Part shown: positions 1 through 13,614 of the stretch, one piece after another
How the letters are laid out: the number at the start of each line of letters is the position of its first letter
How positions within the stretch are numbered: position 1 is the stretch's first letter
Assembly: GCF_001194135.2 (NCBI RefSeq)
Contig: NC_068982.1
Coordinates: 171,504,118-171,568,117 of the forward strand
Length of the DNA stretch: 64,000 nucleotides
Source of the DNA: Octopus bimaculoides
Taxonomy: Eukaryota
Reading direction: 5' to 3'
Notes under the pieces: generated by a model
What the model saw: only the letters and a program-made list of their open reading frames with translations
What the model was told of the DNA's origin: nothing
Database searches by the model: none
Translations under genes and position numbers: made by a program

Positions 1-64
<64 letters not shown>

Positions 65-724
65 ATATACATGCAGCTATGCATCGTAAATCAGCTAGGC
101 GAGATGTCCTCTCGGTGTTAAAAAATTTCAGTAAATTCGAACGACCTGTGGAAGCGGGCTACAAACACTAATTGCTAGTACAACTACTGCGGTCATCTCT
201 CACTGAGGTTTTAGAACTGGTGTTTTAGCTTACGCGCGCGCGCGCTAATATCGAACAGGGCAAATGAGTGCGCAACATAGCATTGGTGGATAAATATTCC
301 TTGCTTGTGGATTAGCAAGGCTACCATTCGTTTCATGCTGAAAGATTTCCCAGCAGGCATCAAGCTTGCTACATTAGATTTTTTGCTCGTCTCTATCATG
401 GTACTCATTTACATCCAAGGTTTGAGACAAGTAACAACGTCTCACGTAACAGGTTTGTTAAGTGCTGAAAAACTTTCCGACGTCGTGAAACCTATGGTAA
501 CCTTGTTGACCTACAAATATAGTATACATATATGTGATGTGTGTGTATATGTGTGTATGAGTGTGTGCGTGTGTGTGTGGTGTGTATGTGTATATGTTTA
601 TGCATATGTATAGACAAACATATGTATAGGCATACACACACATACAAACACACATAGACGCACACGCGCACAGACACGCAGACACACACACACAAACATG
701 TCTGTGTATAAGTGTGTACGTGAG

Positions 725-979
725 AATTCATACTATCAGCACTGGACCATTGAATTCTGAGCATCAAGAACTCACAAAACTGACCATACATATATAGCTT
801 TAGGTGAAGAACACTCTTTTAGATATACTTAGAAAACTTGAACGCCACCCCATCAATGACAGTCCAACACTTACTACACACTTAAAAAAGTTGACCATCT
901 GTACACCTGGTTTCATTCAGATGTACACATATATATATATATATACACACACACACATACATATAGATAGATAGATAAG

Positions 980-1012
<33 letters not shown>

Positions 1013-1460
1013 NNNNNNNNNNNNNNNNNNNNNNNNNNNNNNNNNNNNNNNNNNNNNNNNNNNNNNNNNNNNNNNNNNNNNNNNNNNNNNNNNNNNNNNN
1101 NNNNNNNNNNNNNNNNNNNNNNNNNNNNNNNNNNNNNNNNNNNNNNNNNNNNNNNNNNNNNNNNNNNNNNNNNNNNNNNNNNNNNNNNNNNNNNNNNNNN
1201 NNNNNNNNNNNNNNNNNNNNNNNNNNNNNNNNNNNNNNNNNNNNNNNNNNNNNNNNNNNNNNNNNNNNNNNNNNNNNNNNNNNNNNNNNNNNNNNNNNNN
1301 NNNNNNNNNNNNNNNNNNNNNNNNNNNNNNNNNNNNNNNNNNNNNNNNNNNNNNNNNNNNNNNNNNNNNNNNNNNNNNNNNNNNNNNNNNNNNNNNNNNN
1401 NNNNNNNNNNNNNNNNNNNNNNNNNNNNNNNNNNNNNNNNNNNNNNNNNNNNNNNNNNNN

Positions 1461-1535
<75 letters not shown>

Positions 1536-1717
1536 CTATATGTGTACATCTGAATGAAACCAGGTGTAGTAAGAGTTGGAGTGCCATTGTTGGAGTAGCA
1601 TTGAAATTTTCTAAGTATATTAAAAGACTGCTCTTCACATAAAGCTATATATGTATGCCCAGCTTTGCAAGTTCATGATGCTCATAATTCAATGGTCAGG
1701 TGCTGATAGTATAAATT
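725..1717. repeat. Long inverted repeat pair (arms about 725-933 and 1537-1717) around a microsatellite/N-gap core
   Basis: The reverse complement of 1537-1717 aligns along its length with 725-933 (shared blocks TACTATCAGCAC, CATACATATATAGCTTT, ATATACTTAGAAAA, CTGGTTTCATTCAGATGTACACATATA). The left arm has an extra ~27-bp insert. Confidence 0.85.
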
Positions 1718-4078
1718 GTCTTCCAGTTAAAGGATGCGTCAGTTACTGTCGTTTTTAAATATAACCTAAACGATTTATACTGATAAACAGAGGCGTTAGT
1801 GAATCACGTAAGTACATACTTATACTCAGACCTATATGTGTGTGCTTGTGCGTGCGTGTGCTTGTTTGTGTGTTAGCGTGTGTGTATGTCTATACATATT
1901 CATTTATATATTATACATCTACACATATATCCTGTCTTTATGCATATGTATCTAATATATCTGCATATATATATATATATATATATANNNNNNNNNNNNN
2001 NNNNNNNNNNNNNNNNNNNNNNNNNNNNNNNNNNNNNNNNNNNNNNNNNNNNNNNNNNNNNNNNNNNNNNNNNNNNNNNNNNNNNNNNNNNNNNNNNNNN
2101 NNNNNNNNNNNNNNNNNNNNNNNNNNNNNNNNNNNNNNNNNNNNNNNNNNNNNNNNNNNNNNNNNNNNNNNNNNNNNNNNNNNNNNNNNNNNNNNNNNNN
2201 NNNNNNNNNNNNNNNNNNNNNNNNNNNNNNNNNNNNNNNNNNNNNNNNNNNNNNNNNNNNNNNNNNNNNNNNNNNNNNNNNNNNNNNNNNNNNNNNNNNN
2301 NNNNNNNNNNNNNNNNNNNNNNNNNNNNNNNNNNNNNNNNNNNNNNNNNNNNNNNNNNNNNNNNNNNNNNNNNNNNNNNNNNNNNNNNNNNNNNNNNNNN
2401 NNNNNNNNNNNNNNNNNNNNNNNNNNNNNNNNNNNNNNNNNNNNNNNNNNNNNNNNNNNNNNNNNNNNNNNNNNNNNNNNNNNNNNNNNNNNNNNNNNNN
2501 NNNNNNNNNNNNNNNNNNNNNNNNNNNNNNNNNNNNNNNNNNNNNNNNNNNNNNNNNNNNNNNNNNNNNNNNNNNNNNNNNNNNNNNNNNNNNNNNNNNN
2601 NNNNNNNNNNNNNNNNNNNNNNNNNNNNNNNNNNNNNNNNNNNNNNNNNNNNNNNNNNNNNNNNNNNNNNNNNNNNNNNNNNNNNNNNNNNNNNNNNNNN
2701 NNNNNNNNNNNNNNNNNNNNNNNNNNNNNNNNNNNNNNNNNNNNNNNNNNNNNNNNNNNNNNNNNNNNNNNNNNNNNNNNNNNNNNNNNNNNNNNNNNNN
2801 NNNNNNNNNNNNNNNNNNNNNTATATATATATATATATGGGGAGTAGTTGTAAGTACTATGAGACATCATTATTATACACAAATAATTCCTTATCTCAAT
2901 AATACAAATAAAAATGTTCATTGTTCATACGAGCGGTCGTAGAAGTTAGATATTGGGCTATGCAAATCAAAGTAGACTAGAACATATGTTTGCCTTCATT
3001 AAATATCAGAACATATGCAGACTGTCGAGGTGGTGGATAGCAATGTTCATTCATTAACATAAATTTTATAAGTATTTCCAGCAAAGCAAGTATGGTACGA
3101 CAACAACCACATGGGCTGGGAATATACATTACACGGTATACACTCCGGCATTCTCAATATATTAACACTTAATTGTTAGGAATCCGAAAATTGTTAAGAA
3201 ATCATGAAAAGTATCTTGTGTTACCTTCGATCAAAAATAAATATAAGATGACAGAAGCTTATATGATAACAAAGGTGACTGCCTGAAAAAGTAAAAAGCG
3301 AAATTCAACAAACTTGTTTTCAGACACACTGCCGCGCGCGCGCACACAGATGCCCGCGCGCACACACACACGATGTGACATGAAAAACGTAGGTGGTAGC
3401 ATTTTCAAGGGAATGAATAGATGAAGTACGAGATTAAGAGCTGTAGGTCAAAAGTGATAGGATCAACAGACGAGGAACAGGCTTTTGGAAACTGATCACT
3501 TTGGCTGCATGCAAAGCCCTTCAAGCTAGTTAAGTGGCAATTGACGGGGGAAATTATAAACAAGAAACGATGGATATAATGCATAACAATGTAAACTATA
3601 GATGAATCGAGTTTAATAAGGCCAAATCTGAGAAAACAGACTAGAGCAGCTGTTTGAAAATAGTTTGGGCACAAAGTATTAAGGTTGCATGCTCCGAAAT
3701 AAAGTGCATGCTTTTGTACGGAGGCATTCAAGTTGTTCAGTGGCTTTTAGTAATATAGGCGACAGGCCTTTGATGTCTCTTTTGAAGCAGATATTCTCGG
3801 CTTAGACAAAATATTCGGGAGGAGCAAGGGATTAAAATAAGGATAAGCACTCGTCGATCTCTCGCACATATAAAACAGATGTTCAACAATCCAATTTCAG
3901 AATCCAAACTATCAGGCGCCATGCGTTTGTCGTGTTCAATTTAATTTCTCACTTCGACGACCTCACGTTGCTCTCCCTAAGAGGAATACCAAATTATCAA
4001 CAATATCGCTCTCAGAATCATTAAACTTCTCAAGCTGTCCACCATGCCAATGAACAAACATCAGTGCGTACAAGTATA

Positions 4079-4143
<65 letters not shown>

Positions 4144-4625
4144 ATATACAGGAAACAAATTACGAAATAGGTGAGGGAACAACAAGTAAGTGTATTAGTC
4201 TGACGCTCAAGAAGAATGGTAGAACGGAAACAACAGTGAGACAACAAAATGTGTAGGGATTAGATGGTGAATATGACAAAACCACACACACACATATATA
4301 TATACCCGTATATATATACATGTATATACATACACATATATATATATAGGTACATGTGCGTATGAATATTTGATGTGGTTTTAGCATCAAGTTTTGACTG
4401 CTATCTCTAACATGATGGTACCTTTTAGACACCCTTAATTATAATTTTAATAATAATTTTTACCTATGAGGTTTTTATTCCCATACTAGCCTCTTGATAT
4501 GATGGGTATTTAAAAAAAAACGATCTTATCTTTATTTATATGAACATAGGCACCAGAATTTGGTAGGATAAAAACCAAAATCAAAATCGAGAGATTTGGT
4601 GAATAAAGTTTGAAGTTAACCAACA

Positions 4626-4701
4626 CCCCTTGTCAATGCAGAGCAGCCAAGCCCCAGCAGCGACGCCTGCTGGGGCTTGGCTGCTCTGCATTGACAAGGG
4701 G
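4626..4701. repeat. Perfect 35-bp-arm palindrome with 6-nt loop, flanked by CAACA direct repeats
   Basis: 4626-4660 is the exact reverse complement of 4667-4701; loop CGACGC; CAACA at 4621-4625 and 4702-4706. Confidence 0.95.
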
Positions 4702-5116
4702 CAACACCCTGAAACTAGTCTAGTCCTGCTATAACCTATTGAATTTTTGTTGCTTATCTTCAAACTATATATATTTATATNNNNNNNNNNNNNNNNNNNN
4801 NNNNNNNNNNNNNNNNNNNNNNNNNNNNNNNNNNNNNNNNNNNNNNNNNNNNNNNNNNNNNNNNNNNNNNNNNNNNNNNNNNNNNNNNNNNNNNNNNNNN
4901 NNNNNNNNNNNNNNNNNNNNNNNNNNNNNNNNNNNNNNNNNNNNNNNNNNNNNNNNNNNNNNNNNNNNNNNNNNNNNNNNNNNNNNNNNNNNNNNNNNNN
5001 NNNNNNNNNNNNNNNNNNNNNNNNNNNNNNNNNNNNNNNNNNNNNNNNNNNNNNNNNNNNNNNNNNNNNTATATATACACATATATATACATGTATATGT
5101 GTATATACATATATGT

Positions 5117-5147
<31 letters not shown>

Positions 5148-5221
5148 AGATGTGCTGGAATAAAAATAAGCATGTACATTTCTAGTCACATATATGTATT
5201 ATGTGAGTTATGACCTTTAGG

Positions 5222-5608
5222 GGATCTATTCCATCTCAATCACACATTTTCAATCGTACATTTTTTAAATTAATTTTTTTAAACTAAACAGTTTGAAACT
5301 TCGAATACTGGTGGCTAGCTTCAGATTCGTTCTTACATTTAATAGAGCCGACCCGGAAGCTGTTCTTCTTCGATTACTATCGCAAACAGCCGTAGCTGTC
5401 TTCAACCGAATACACGTCGTTGATTGGTTGAAATTACCCAAAAACGACAAATTTAACACGAAATAACTACTAAAATACGAAATTTTGTCAAAAAACGCTC
5501 AGAGTAGACCGTGCTCTACGTGGGAAATTCTACCAGTATTCGAAGTTTTAAATTATGTAATTTAAAAAAAATTAATTATAAAATCTGCGATTGAGATAGA
5601 ATAGATCC
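5222..5608. mobile_element. MITE-like non-autonomous DNA element with long imperfect TIRs
   Basis: Left end GGATCTATTCCATCTCAATC...AAACTTCGAATACTGGT mirrors right end ACCAGTATTCGAAGTTT...GATTGAGATAGAATAGATCC; core shared with 48885-49271. Confidence 0.75.
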
Positions 5609-8180
5609 TCTTTCGGCAATGACTGATATTATTTTCAGTGTGTGATAAATAATATATACAACTGTAGACTTCTTGTTTATTCTGAAGGATAGTCTTCATT
5701 AGTAGTTTCTGAGGTAGCAATGAAATAATTCTCCTCAGCATTTACAAGTTTTGCGTTACTTTCTGTGATCTGTTTTACATAGGTGCCATTGTGGCTTTAG
5801 TGTTGTTGGTATTGGTAGAGGTGATAGTGGGCATAATATTCTTTACTATTACTTGTAGTAATAATGAATTCCAGCTTTGGTGTAAGGTCACAATTCTACA
5901 GAAGGTGAATGAATATATTATAAATTTAGCCAGCCGCATAAAACGTAAATACTAGTGAATAATTTTACAGCTCCAAACTGGGAGAAGGTGTAGGTGGAAT
6001 TAACAATGACAAACATAGGATTTTAACTTAAAACATTTAAGAGTAATAGCCTTAATACTACAAGATGATGTTTTGTCTGGGGTTCTACGATTTCTGACAC
6101 CCCACTGCACACACCTAAAACAAAAACAAAACAAACAGGAACTACAACGAAAGGCTGGATCTATTCCAAGCACATGCTGTATACTCCTCTCACCCATTCC
6201 CCTTTTACCCTTTCTTCTTAGCCTTAACCACTTCCACGACCTGTTAATTCATTGTGTATTCATCACCCCATAAGATCTACATCAATAACATGACAACGGA
6301 TATTTCTTACCGCCACGCCACGGCTGCAGCCACAACAACCCTCTTTTATTTCCTCCTCCTCTTACTCCACTTCCTCCACCTCCTCCTCCTCCCCTCCTCC
6401 TTCTCCTCTATCAACATCTCTCCTCCCTTTCATTTCAATGACATCCACATGACAGATCTTATTTATGACTGTGTGTATGCGAGTGTACATGTTCCTTTGT
6501 GCGTGAACATATATTTCTGCGTAGGTGTGTACACGTGTGTGCGTATTCGTCTATGTTGTGTGTTTATGTGTGTGTTTATGTGCATACGTGTATGTTGGCC
6601 TTGCAACTTTTGTATGAGTGCATGTGTGTGATTGTGATTTAAGAGTCCCTGACTGTTGCTATTACTGTTTGCATTGGCGCACTTCTTTTGTTATTGCCGG
6701 TGCTCATATCGCCGTTGTTGCTAATAATGCTAATACTGTTGCAACTGCTCTTACTTCTGTTACCTTTTCTAGTTCTGTTGCTGTTGATATTGCTGTGTCT
6801 TTGGTATTAGCAGCACTGCAAAATTCTCTTCTGTTTCTCTCTGTTGTACGTAGAACCATTAAGTGGCACTTGATGATCAGGTGTTAGTACATGACCACGT
6901 GCGGCCTCTACGCATTCTAAATTCTACTATAACTCATGTGAGAGGTTTGCCTGACATGGCATCTTGCCCAGGCTTTCGTGTGACTCCTGAATTATAACTT
7001 CCATTCCAATTTCGGTCGAAATTTCCTGGCCATGCATTTTATGCCATCCATAGTCCTTATCATTACCGGATAATAACTTTTAATTGCGTATCTAATATCT
7101 GCGCTTTTTTCGCCAATATGTGTAAGAATGAGTGTTAAATCCTCAGTTCTGAATGGGTCAGCGAAATATTTCTGCGCATGTCCTCCTGAGAGAAGTCCCA
7201 CTTCATCGGTCTCACAATTCTTGGGATGAGTGACGAAGTTGGTGTCACTCTCCATCGCCTTCTCATGCACTTCTCCACTTGATCAGACGTGGCCTTTTTC
7301 ACTCGCCTGTCTAACTTCCACGAGTGGGTATGTCACTATTCCCCAAGCCATTTTCAACATAATACAGGAATTACCCGAGAAACGCGGATTTCGTTGTGTA
7401 AACTGTTCGAAACACACACGTTATTGTCTACCGTCGAACTATTCCCAAATAGCATTACCTTAACGGAAATCATGTTATTTCAACAGAATGTTTTACTGTA
7501 TATTGCATAGTCTAATAAAAAGCGGCATTGATTAAATGATTAATTAGACACAAGCTTCAAGATCCAGTCTCAGCATATGATGGCCAATATTTGCATGAGA
7601 GAAAAACCTGAATTTGAGTAAAGAGATTGGCAATGTTAAATAACGGAAATAATTTCAGCAAGCGACTCCCTCCTTCTGTTAACTCTTTGCAAAATTAATA
7701 TTGCAGATATTTTCGTATGATTAGAATAGAATTTATAAATAGATCCTGCTGAGTCTACATCGCGAATTGCTTTCAGTTTTACATAAAAATTAATTCTTTT
7801 CACATTTGCATCAAAGATTTTGTGAAATGAATTAAAAGCACAATATTACAGATCCAATTACCCCTAAATTACAGGGCTTATATGTCTGGTGAAAAAGAAA
7901 GCTAGAAAATTGACGTTGAAATCTCTCACAGGGATATGCCTAATACATATATTATGCTACCGAACATTAATTATTAAAAAAAGGTTCAACGTTCATCGTG
8001 TGAACAAATGGATCACTGTCTAGATTTGCTGCAAACTTCTAATTCCCCTTCATTATTCTAAAATAAAATATATTAAAAGATTAACTGCATAGTTAGGAGT
8101 TTCGGTAAGACGACGTTTCTAATCAACATATTTCTTACCGGATGTTTCTTACAGTTAACTCTACTTCTCGCTCATTCCCA

Positions 8181-8243
<63 letters not shown>
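8181..8243. repeat. (AAT)n microsatellite
   Basis: Pure AAT run read directly. Confidence 0.95.
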
Positions 8244-8251
<8 letters not shown>

Positions 8252-8958
8252 TAATTAATTAATTTAAACAGAAAAAGTAGGTCACTGTCCGATCAGTCAT
8301 TTGAAACATATTCTGCATTAACACAGATAGAGGATATATTTTTACAGAAAGAATATTTTTTCCTTAAAGGGGGCTTATGCTTTCCCTATAATCATACCTG
8401 CACACAGTCATGCAGATACAGCCAACAGACACACACGAGTGGGGATGGTCTGATGACACGTGACATTATTTCGCTAAATTTTAGGTGACTTTTGAGTCGT
8501 GAGCACACGTAGTCTTCTTCTCGTCCTCATTCCCAATCACTAAGTGAAACATTCAAGATGTAATAATTAAAGGGAGAAACATTTGTAGCGGCTCTCGGCT
8601 GCTATTCATTTACAATTCAGAAGAATAGAGCAAATGGTAATGTGGCTTAACGAAGGAGACAATACCTTGTCACACCTGAATTTAGCCCTCGAACTTATGA
8701 TCATCAGCTGACAACCCTATAGAAAAGGTGACACATATGTTCACGCGCACACACACGTACACACACAAATGCTTTTGTTTTAATTTAAACATTTAAATGG
8801 GAGGCTATGTATACAAATAGCTTAGGTAATGTCAGATGTTCAAAGTCCAACACATATATATGCGAGAGGCCAATTTATGAATGTCTGTGTGTATATATAT
8901 GTGTGTGTGTGTGAGCATATATATAAATATATATAAATTAATATATATATATATATAT

Positions 8959-9002
<44 letters not shown>

Positions 9003-9074
9003 AAAAGAAAAAGAGAAAATGCACATTGAATATAAAACAATAAAGGCTTTTTTATGAAAAGTAACGAAATATAT

Positions 9075-10235
9075 ATACAATTAGATGACTGAGGTAGAAT
9101 TAACAGGTGTGAAAGTCATTATTTTGAATTGCTAAAGAGATTCAAAGTCATACCGGTATCGTCAAAAGCTGTTCACTGTCTTTGAATGAGCACCGATTTC
9201 CAAACGGTGTCGGGTCTACTAGTCCCTGAATGAAAAGTTTATATGCAAGGAAGGTAAGCAGTTCTGGAAGTGATGCAATTAAGGTAGATATAAATACTGT
9301 AATATGAATGGTGTATGAGATGCATGGAAATTAGTGGTATTATTGGTTAGGTTAGTAGTGTCCTGTATTATGTTATATGTTCATGTTGAGTTGTGGATGA
9401 TATTTATTAATGAAAGTTGCCTCTTTATTCATTCTTTGCTATAGTGTGGTGTTCTGTGGACACTGATAGAAAGGGAAAATTAGGAAGTTCGGCAATTTCC
9501 CCCGTCAATTTCTACACATCTTTATATGTGTTCACTGACCTATATCTGTCTGTTGTGTGGGGAGCGGATTTGTTCTTTGTGAAGAATTGTCCTTCATCGG
9601 AGTGACATTCTTGTTTGGCCAATATAGTGATTACTGCACACTAAGCAGGTAATGGCATAGATTAGATTTTCCCAGGCACAGGTGAAATACGATTTTATCT
9701 TAAATATTTCATCTTATTTAAAGTGGAACTCTATACCCTCCAAAATGTGGGGGCATGTGCCACAGTTAGGCCGCCCGCATTTTTTTCCTTTTGGTTTCGT
9801 TATTAATGGATTATAGTCTTGCGTCGGTTACTATATTTTTCAATAATTTCGGTTGCATTTTGCTCTTGATAACTTTGTGTGAGCCTAAAACTTTGTTCAT
9901 TTTTTATATCCTGTGAGAATGCGTAGATTTTGGATGATGATGTTGAAGGCTTCATTGTTACTAGGGTGATGTGTGGAGATGTATTTTGGTTGACTTAACT
10001 TAATGTTCGTATGTCTGTTTCCTTTGCTCGTTTAATCCCATCATTCATTAATAATGTTGGGTAATATCTCTTGATTAGTATTGATCTGAGTTCAAAGATT
10101 CTTCGTTCACGAGTATTGGTGTCCGAAAATATGGTACAGATTCTTTTCGTTAGATTATAAGGTATATTAATTTTTACCTGTTTGGGGTGATATCAGTTGA
10201 ATAATAGGTATTGTTTTGAATATGTGAGTTTATAC
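9075..10235 (-). mobile_element. Penelope-like retroelement 3' fragment (RT thumb plus C-terminal GIY-YIG endonuclease), decayed
   Basis: Minus-strand translation gives KQYLLFN*YHPKQVKINIPYNLTKRICTIFSD (RT thumb), CGRPNCGTCPHI (Cys linker) and NLIYAITCLVCSNHYIGQTRMSLR*R...H...VSEHI (GIY-YIG). It has stops and frameshifts. The 3' boundary is approximate. Confidence 0.9.
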
Positions 10236-10813
10236 ACATACATACATACATACATATATATATATATATNNNNNNNNNNNNNNNNNNNNNNNNNNNNNNN
10301 NNNNNNNNNNNNNNNNNNNNNNNNNNNNNNNNNNNNNNNNNNNNNNNNNNNNNNNNNNNNNNNNNNNNNNNNNNNNNNNNNNNNNNNNNNNNNNNNNNNN
10401 NNNNNNNNNNNNNNNNNNNNNNNNNNNNNNNNNNNNNNNNNNNNNNNNNNNNNNNNNNNNNNNNNNNNNNNNNNNNNNNNNNNNNNNNNNNNNNNNNNNN
10501 NNNNNNNNNNNNNNNNNNNNNNNNNNNNNNNNNNNNNNNNNNNNNNNNNNNNNNNNNNNNNNNNNNNNNNNNNNNNNNNNNNNNNNNNNNNNNNNNNNNN
10601 NNNNNNNNNNNNNNNNNNNNNNNNNNNNNNNNNNNNNNNNNNNNNNNNNNNNNNNNNNNNNNNNNNNNNNNNNNNNNNNNNNNNNNNNNNNNNNNNNNNN
10701 NNNNNNNNNNNNNNNNNNNNNNNNNNNNNNNNNNNNNNNNNNNNNNNNNNNNNNNNNNNNNNNNNNNNNNNNNNNNNNNNNNNNNNNNNNNNNNNNNNNN
10801 NNNNNNNNNNNNN

Positions 10814-11514
10814 CTGTCAGTGGATATAATCTGTTCTCCAATAGTCGGCACTGTGTCTAACATGACCCACCATCTGAAATTTTGACACCTCCTACGGGCT
10901 TGTTGTCCTACATCACTCATAAAATAAACTTGGGAGAACTGTGGCTGTTCATTTGTGGGTAACAGGGAACCAATGTGGTGATAGACTTGCCCTTGGACTT
11001 TGACATCGGCGTAAATTCATGTTTAACTATCTTCTTAGATGCAGTAAACGTTGTCATTTGAAATGCAGAGTTGTATTATCTGATATTGTTCAGAAAATCC
11101 TTAGACTGGATGGAAGTGCTTTCTGGAGGATCCATAAAACGTTGAGAAGGAGCTGGTACTGCTGCCAATGTTACCTGACCGCCTGAGCAGCACATACCAT
11201 TTGTTTCATTTGAAAAGTTTGGGACAGAGTTATCATTTTTATAAGAATTGGATGGATCATATCTGAAAAGTGCTTCAGGAGTTGTGAAGATCGAATTTGC
11301 ACGTAGACTGTTTCTGAGAGCTATTCTATTGCAGCTCTGTCTAATCATTAAAACATTGATTTAATGATCCAGCATTAAGTTCTGCAACATGCATTTGCTG
11401 ATCTTGAGAAAATCTCATCTCGCTTTTCTCTTCAGACTCTCGCTTTAGGTTTCCTACAATCCTCCTTGCTTTATACTTGTTTCTGGAGAGATTACGTCTT
11501 TTCTTTGGTGGCAT
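10814..11514 (-). pseudogene. Helitron Rep/Helicase N-terminal region, disrupted and truncated by the gap
   Basis: Starts MPPKKRRNLSRNK at 11514, then ETNGMCCSGGQVTL, DFLNNIR*YNSAFQMT and (after a frameshift) KVQGQVYHHIGSLLPTNEQPQFSQVYF...QARRRC. These are characteristic motifs of animal Helitron RepHel proteins. Confidence 0.88.
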
Positions 11515-12128
11515 ATTTTTTCAATATTGCAAGCAAAAAATTATGAACATAGAAAGAAATTCTACATTATTCCCTATTTTTGTAAACAGTTGTATGCATG
11601 TAGTAGGTTTTTATTTTTATATGCAGCATAAATTAACCAAATAGGACCACGTGTATGAATTGCTAATTTAACGGTAAATGTCACAATAATTATTACAGAT
11701 AAATTTCTTTATATNNNNNNNNNNNNNNNNNNNNNNNNNNNNNNNNNNNNNNNNNNNNNNNNNNNNNNNNNNNNNNNNNNNNNNNNNNNNNNNNNNNNNN
11801 NNNNNNNNNNNNNNNNNNNNNNNNNNNNNNNNNNNNNNNNNNNNNNNNNNNNNNNNNNNNATTTTTATATACCTTGGATCTGTCACCTCATTGTTTTTTG
11901 TCAAGAGTTTCTCCTCCAGCCGTTCGTTATGTCAGTCAACACATACACTGACACCATTCTGCTGTGGTGGCTCATTTTGTGTTTTTCCCGTTCATTCCGT
12001 AAAAAATTATTTGAAGGGAACAGAAATTGGAGGAAAAGAAAGCGAAAAGGAGAGAGAAAGAAAGTAAAGATGTATGTACGGGTATATAAAATGGACGTGT
12101 GTGTGTGTGTCCGCGTGTGTGTGTCCGA

Positions 12129-12196
<68 letters not shown>

Positions 12197-12710
12197 GAGC
12201 GAATGAGTGAAGTTGTGTGTCATGATGATTGATGTCTTTTAACGTACGCACACATATTGAAAAAGTAACGCTATCGTATAAAATGTTTACGATAGTTTGT
12301 GGAAAAGATTATAATGTTAAATTTTTGAAATGCAACTATGTGATTGGAAATTAAGTTAATCTGCAGCCGTAATAGTACTAAACCTTTTGGTACCCCATAC
12401 GTCAAAATCGGTAACTCAGTTTTTGAATGCACAAGGAATATATATATATATATATATATATATAGGACAGACTTCTTTCAAACTGAAAGCATTATCTCAC
12501 ATTACAATAGAGACGTAATACTGGAATAGTGTAAAAGATAAGAGATTGCTCTAGGCTCGCATTACGCAAGAAGTTGAAAATTGTTTTGGCCCATGACACT
12601 GCATCGAACCTAAGTAAGCCATGTGTAAAATTTGAGTGAAATCAGTTGTGTAGTTCTCGAGTTTTAAGGATTCACGTAAACAGACAAACACACACTCTCA
12701 TTTTTATATA
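10814..12710 (-). mobile_element. Helitron 5' portion: 5' terminus, UTR and start of RepHel
   Basis: 12530-12710 read on the minus strand (TATATAAAAATGAGAGTGTGTG...AAAACTCGAGAACTACACAACTGATTTCACTCAAATTTTACACATG) is a Helitron-type 5' end, ~1.2 kb upstream of the RepHel ATG and in the same orientation. That both parts are one element is inferred. Confidence 0.65.
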
Positions 12711-12889
12711 TTCAAGTCACCGCCCCTTGTATCGTCCGACATCTTTGTTTATATTCGCGAGTGCCTGTTTACCGTGTTTTTTTTTAGTATAAAATATTCA
12801 AAAATACATGAATCTTCCTTTTTTTTTTTTTTTTTTTGCATACTTCATTTATTTTGGATATATTTCCCATTTTCATAATTTTTTTAGAA

Positions 12890-13260
12890 ATTAGGCGTCA
12901 TTTTCTAGGAGATGTACACTTCTAAAGAAGCGCCGAAATTGTACGAGTACCGTTGCATAGACGTGATGGATTCAAATCCTATGCGAATTGAGAGTAGTCT
13001 ATTTATGTTGGGAACGNNNNNNNNNNNNNNNNNNNNNNNNNNNNNNNNNNNNNNNNNNNNNNNNNNNNNNNNNNNNNNNNNNNNNNNNNNNNNNNNNNNN
13101 NNNNNNNNNNNNNNNNNNNNNNNNNNNNNNNNNNNNNNNNNNNNNAAGCGTTCTAAGTCAAAGAGAGCACACATGTGAAATTTGGTGAATTTCGGTTGAA
13201 AATTGTTGGAGTAGAAGTGGTTCACACAACACACACACAACATGCCTTTTAATATATGTT
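12890..13260 (-). mobile_element. Short non-autonomous Helitron-like element (second family), spanning a gap
   Basis: Minus strand begins ATATATTAAAAGGCATGTTGTGTGTG...CAACCGAAATTCACCAAATTTCACATGTG and ends with a small hairpin (CGCTTCT-TT-AGAAGTG) 8 nt before CTAG. Confidence 0.45.
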
Positions 13261-13286
13261 ATATTATTTAAATATGTATACATACG

Positions 13287-13343
<57 letters not shown>

Positions 13344-13357
13344 ACACACACACACGT

Positions 13358-13390
<33 letters not shown>

Positions 13391-13391
<1 letters not shown>

Positions 13392-13596
13392 CATATCAGG
13401 ACAATTACCCCACCAAGACAATCACGCCCATATGGAAAATCCGCCCCTTCCCCCGACGCCAACTACCCCCTTGGTTAATTACACCCTCTCCAATACATTA
13501 AGAAGTTTTAAATCATCATCTGTTGTCCTCTGCAGTAATTGTCCTTGGGGGCAGGAGTTATTGTCCAGGCAGGAAGGGGGTAAATGTCGTAGACTC
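13391..13596. mobile_element. Small MITE-like element with GGACAATTAC/GTAATTGTCC inverted motifs, between (TA)n tracts
   Basis: 10-bp inverted repeat at 13399-13408 and 13535-13544, plus degenerate copies (GACAATCAC, TTATTGTCC, GGGGGTAAATGTC). Confidence 0.5.
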
Positions 13597-13614
13597 ATAT
13601 ATATATATATATAC

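Noticed and set aside
200-430. Possible hAT relic (FIHQCYVAHSFAL) on the minus strand
   Set aside because: A single partial motif only.
3535-3555. 17-bp match AATTGACGGGGGAAATT shared with the PLE near 9495-9511 (opposite strand)
   Set aside because: The similarity does not extend into the flanks.
6950-7400. Possible mariner transposase relic (ESDTNF...RIV..DE, EIG.EV) and the 92-aa ORF at 6992-7270
   Set aside because: The motif matches need several assumed frameshifts; too weak without a search.
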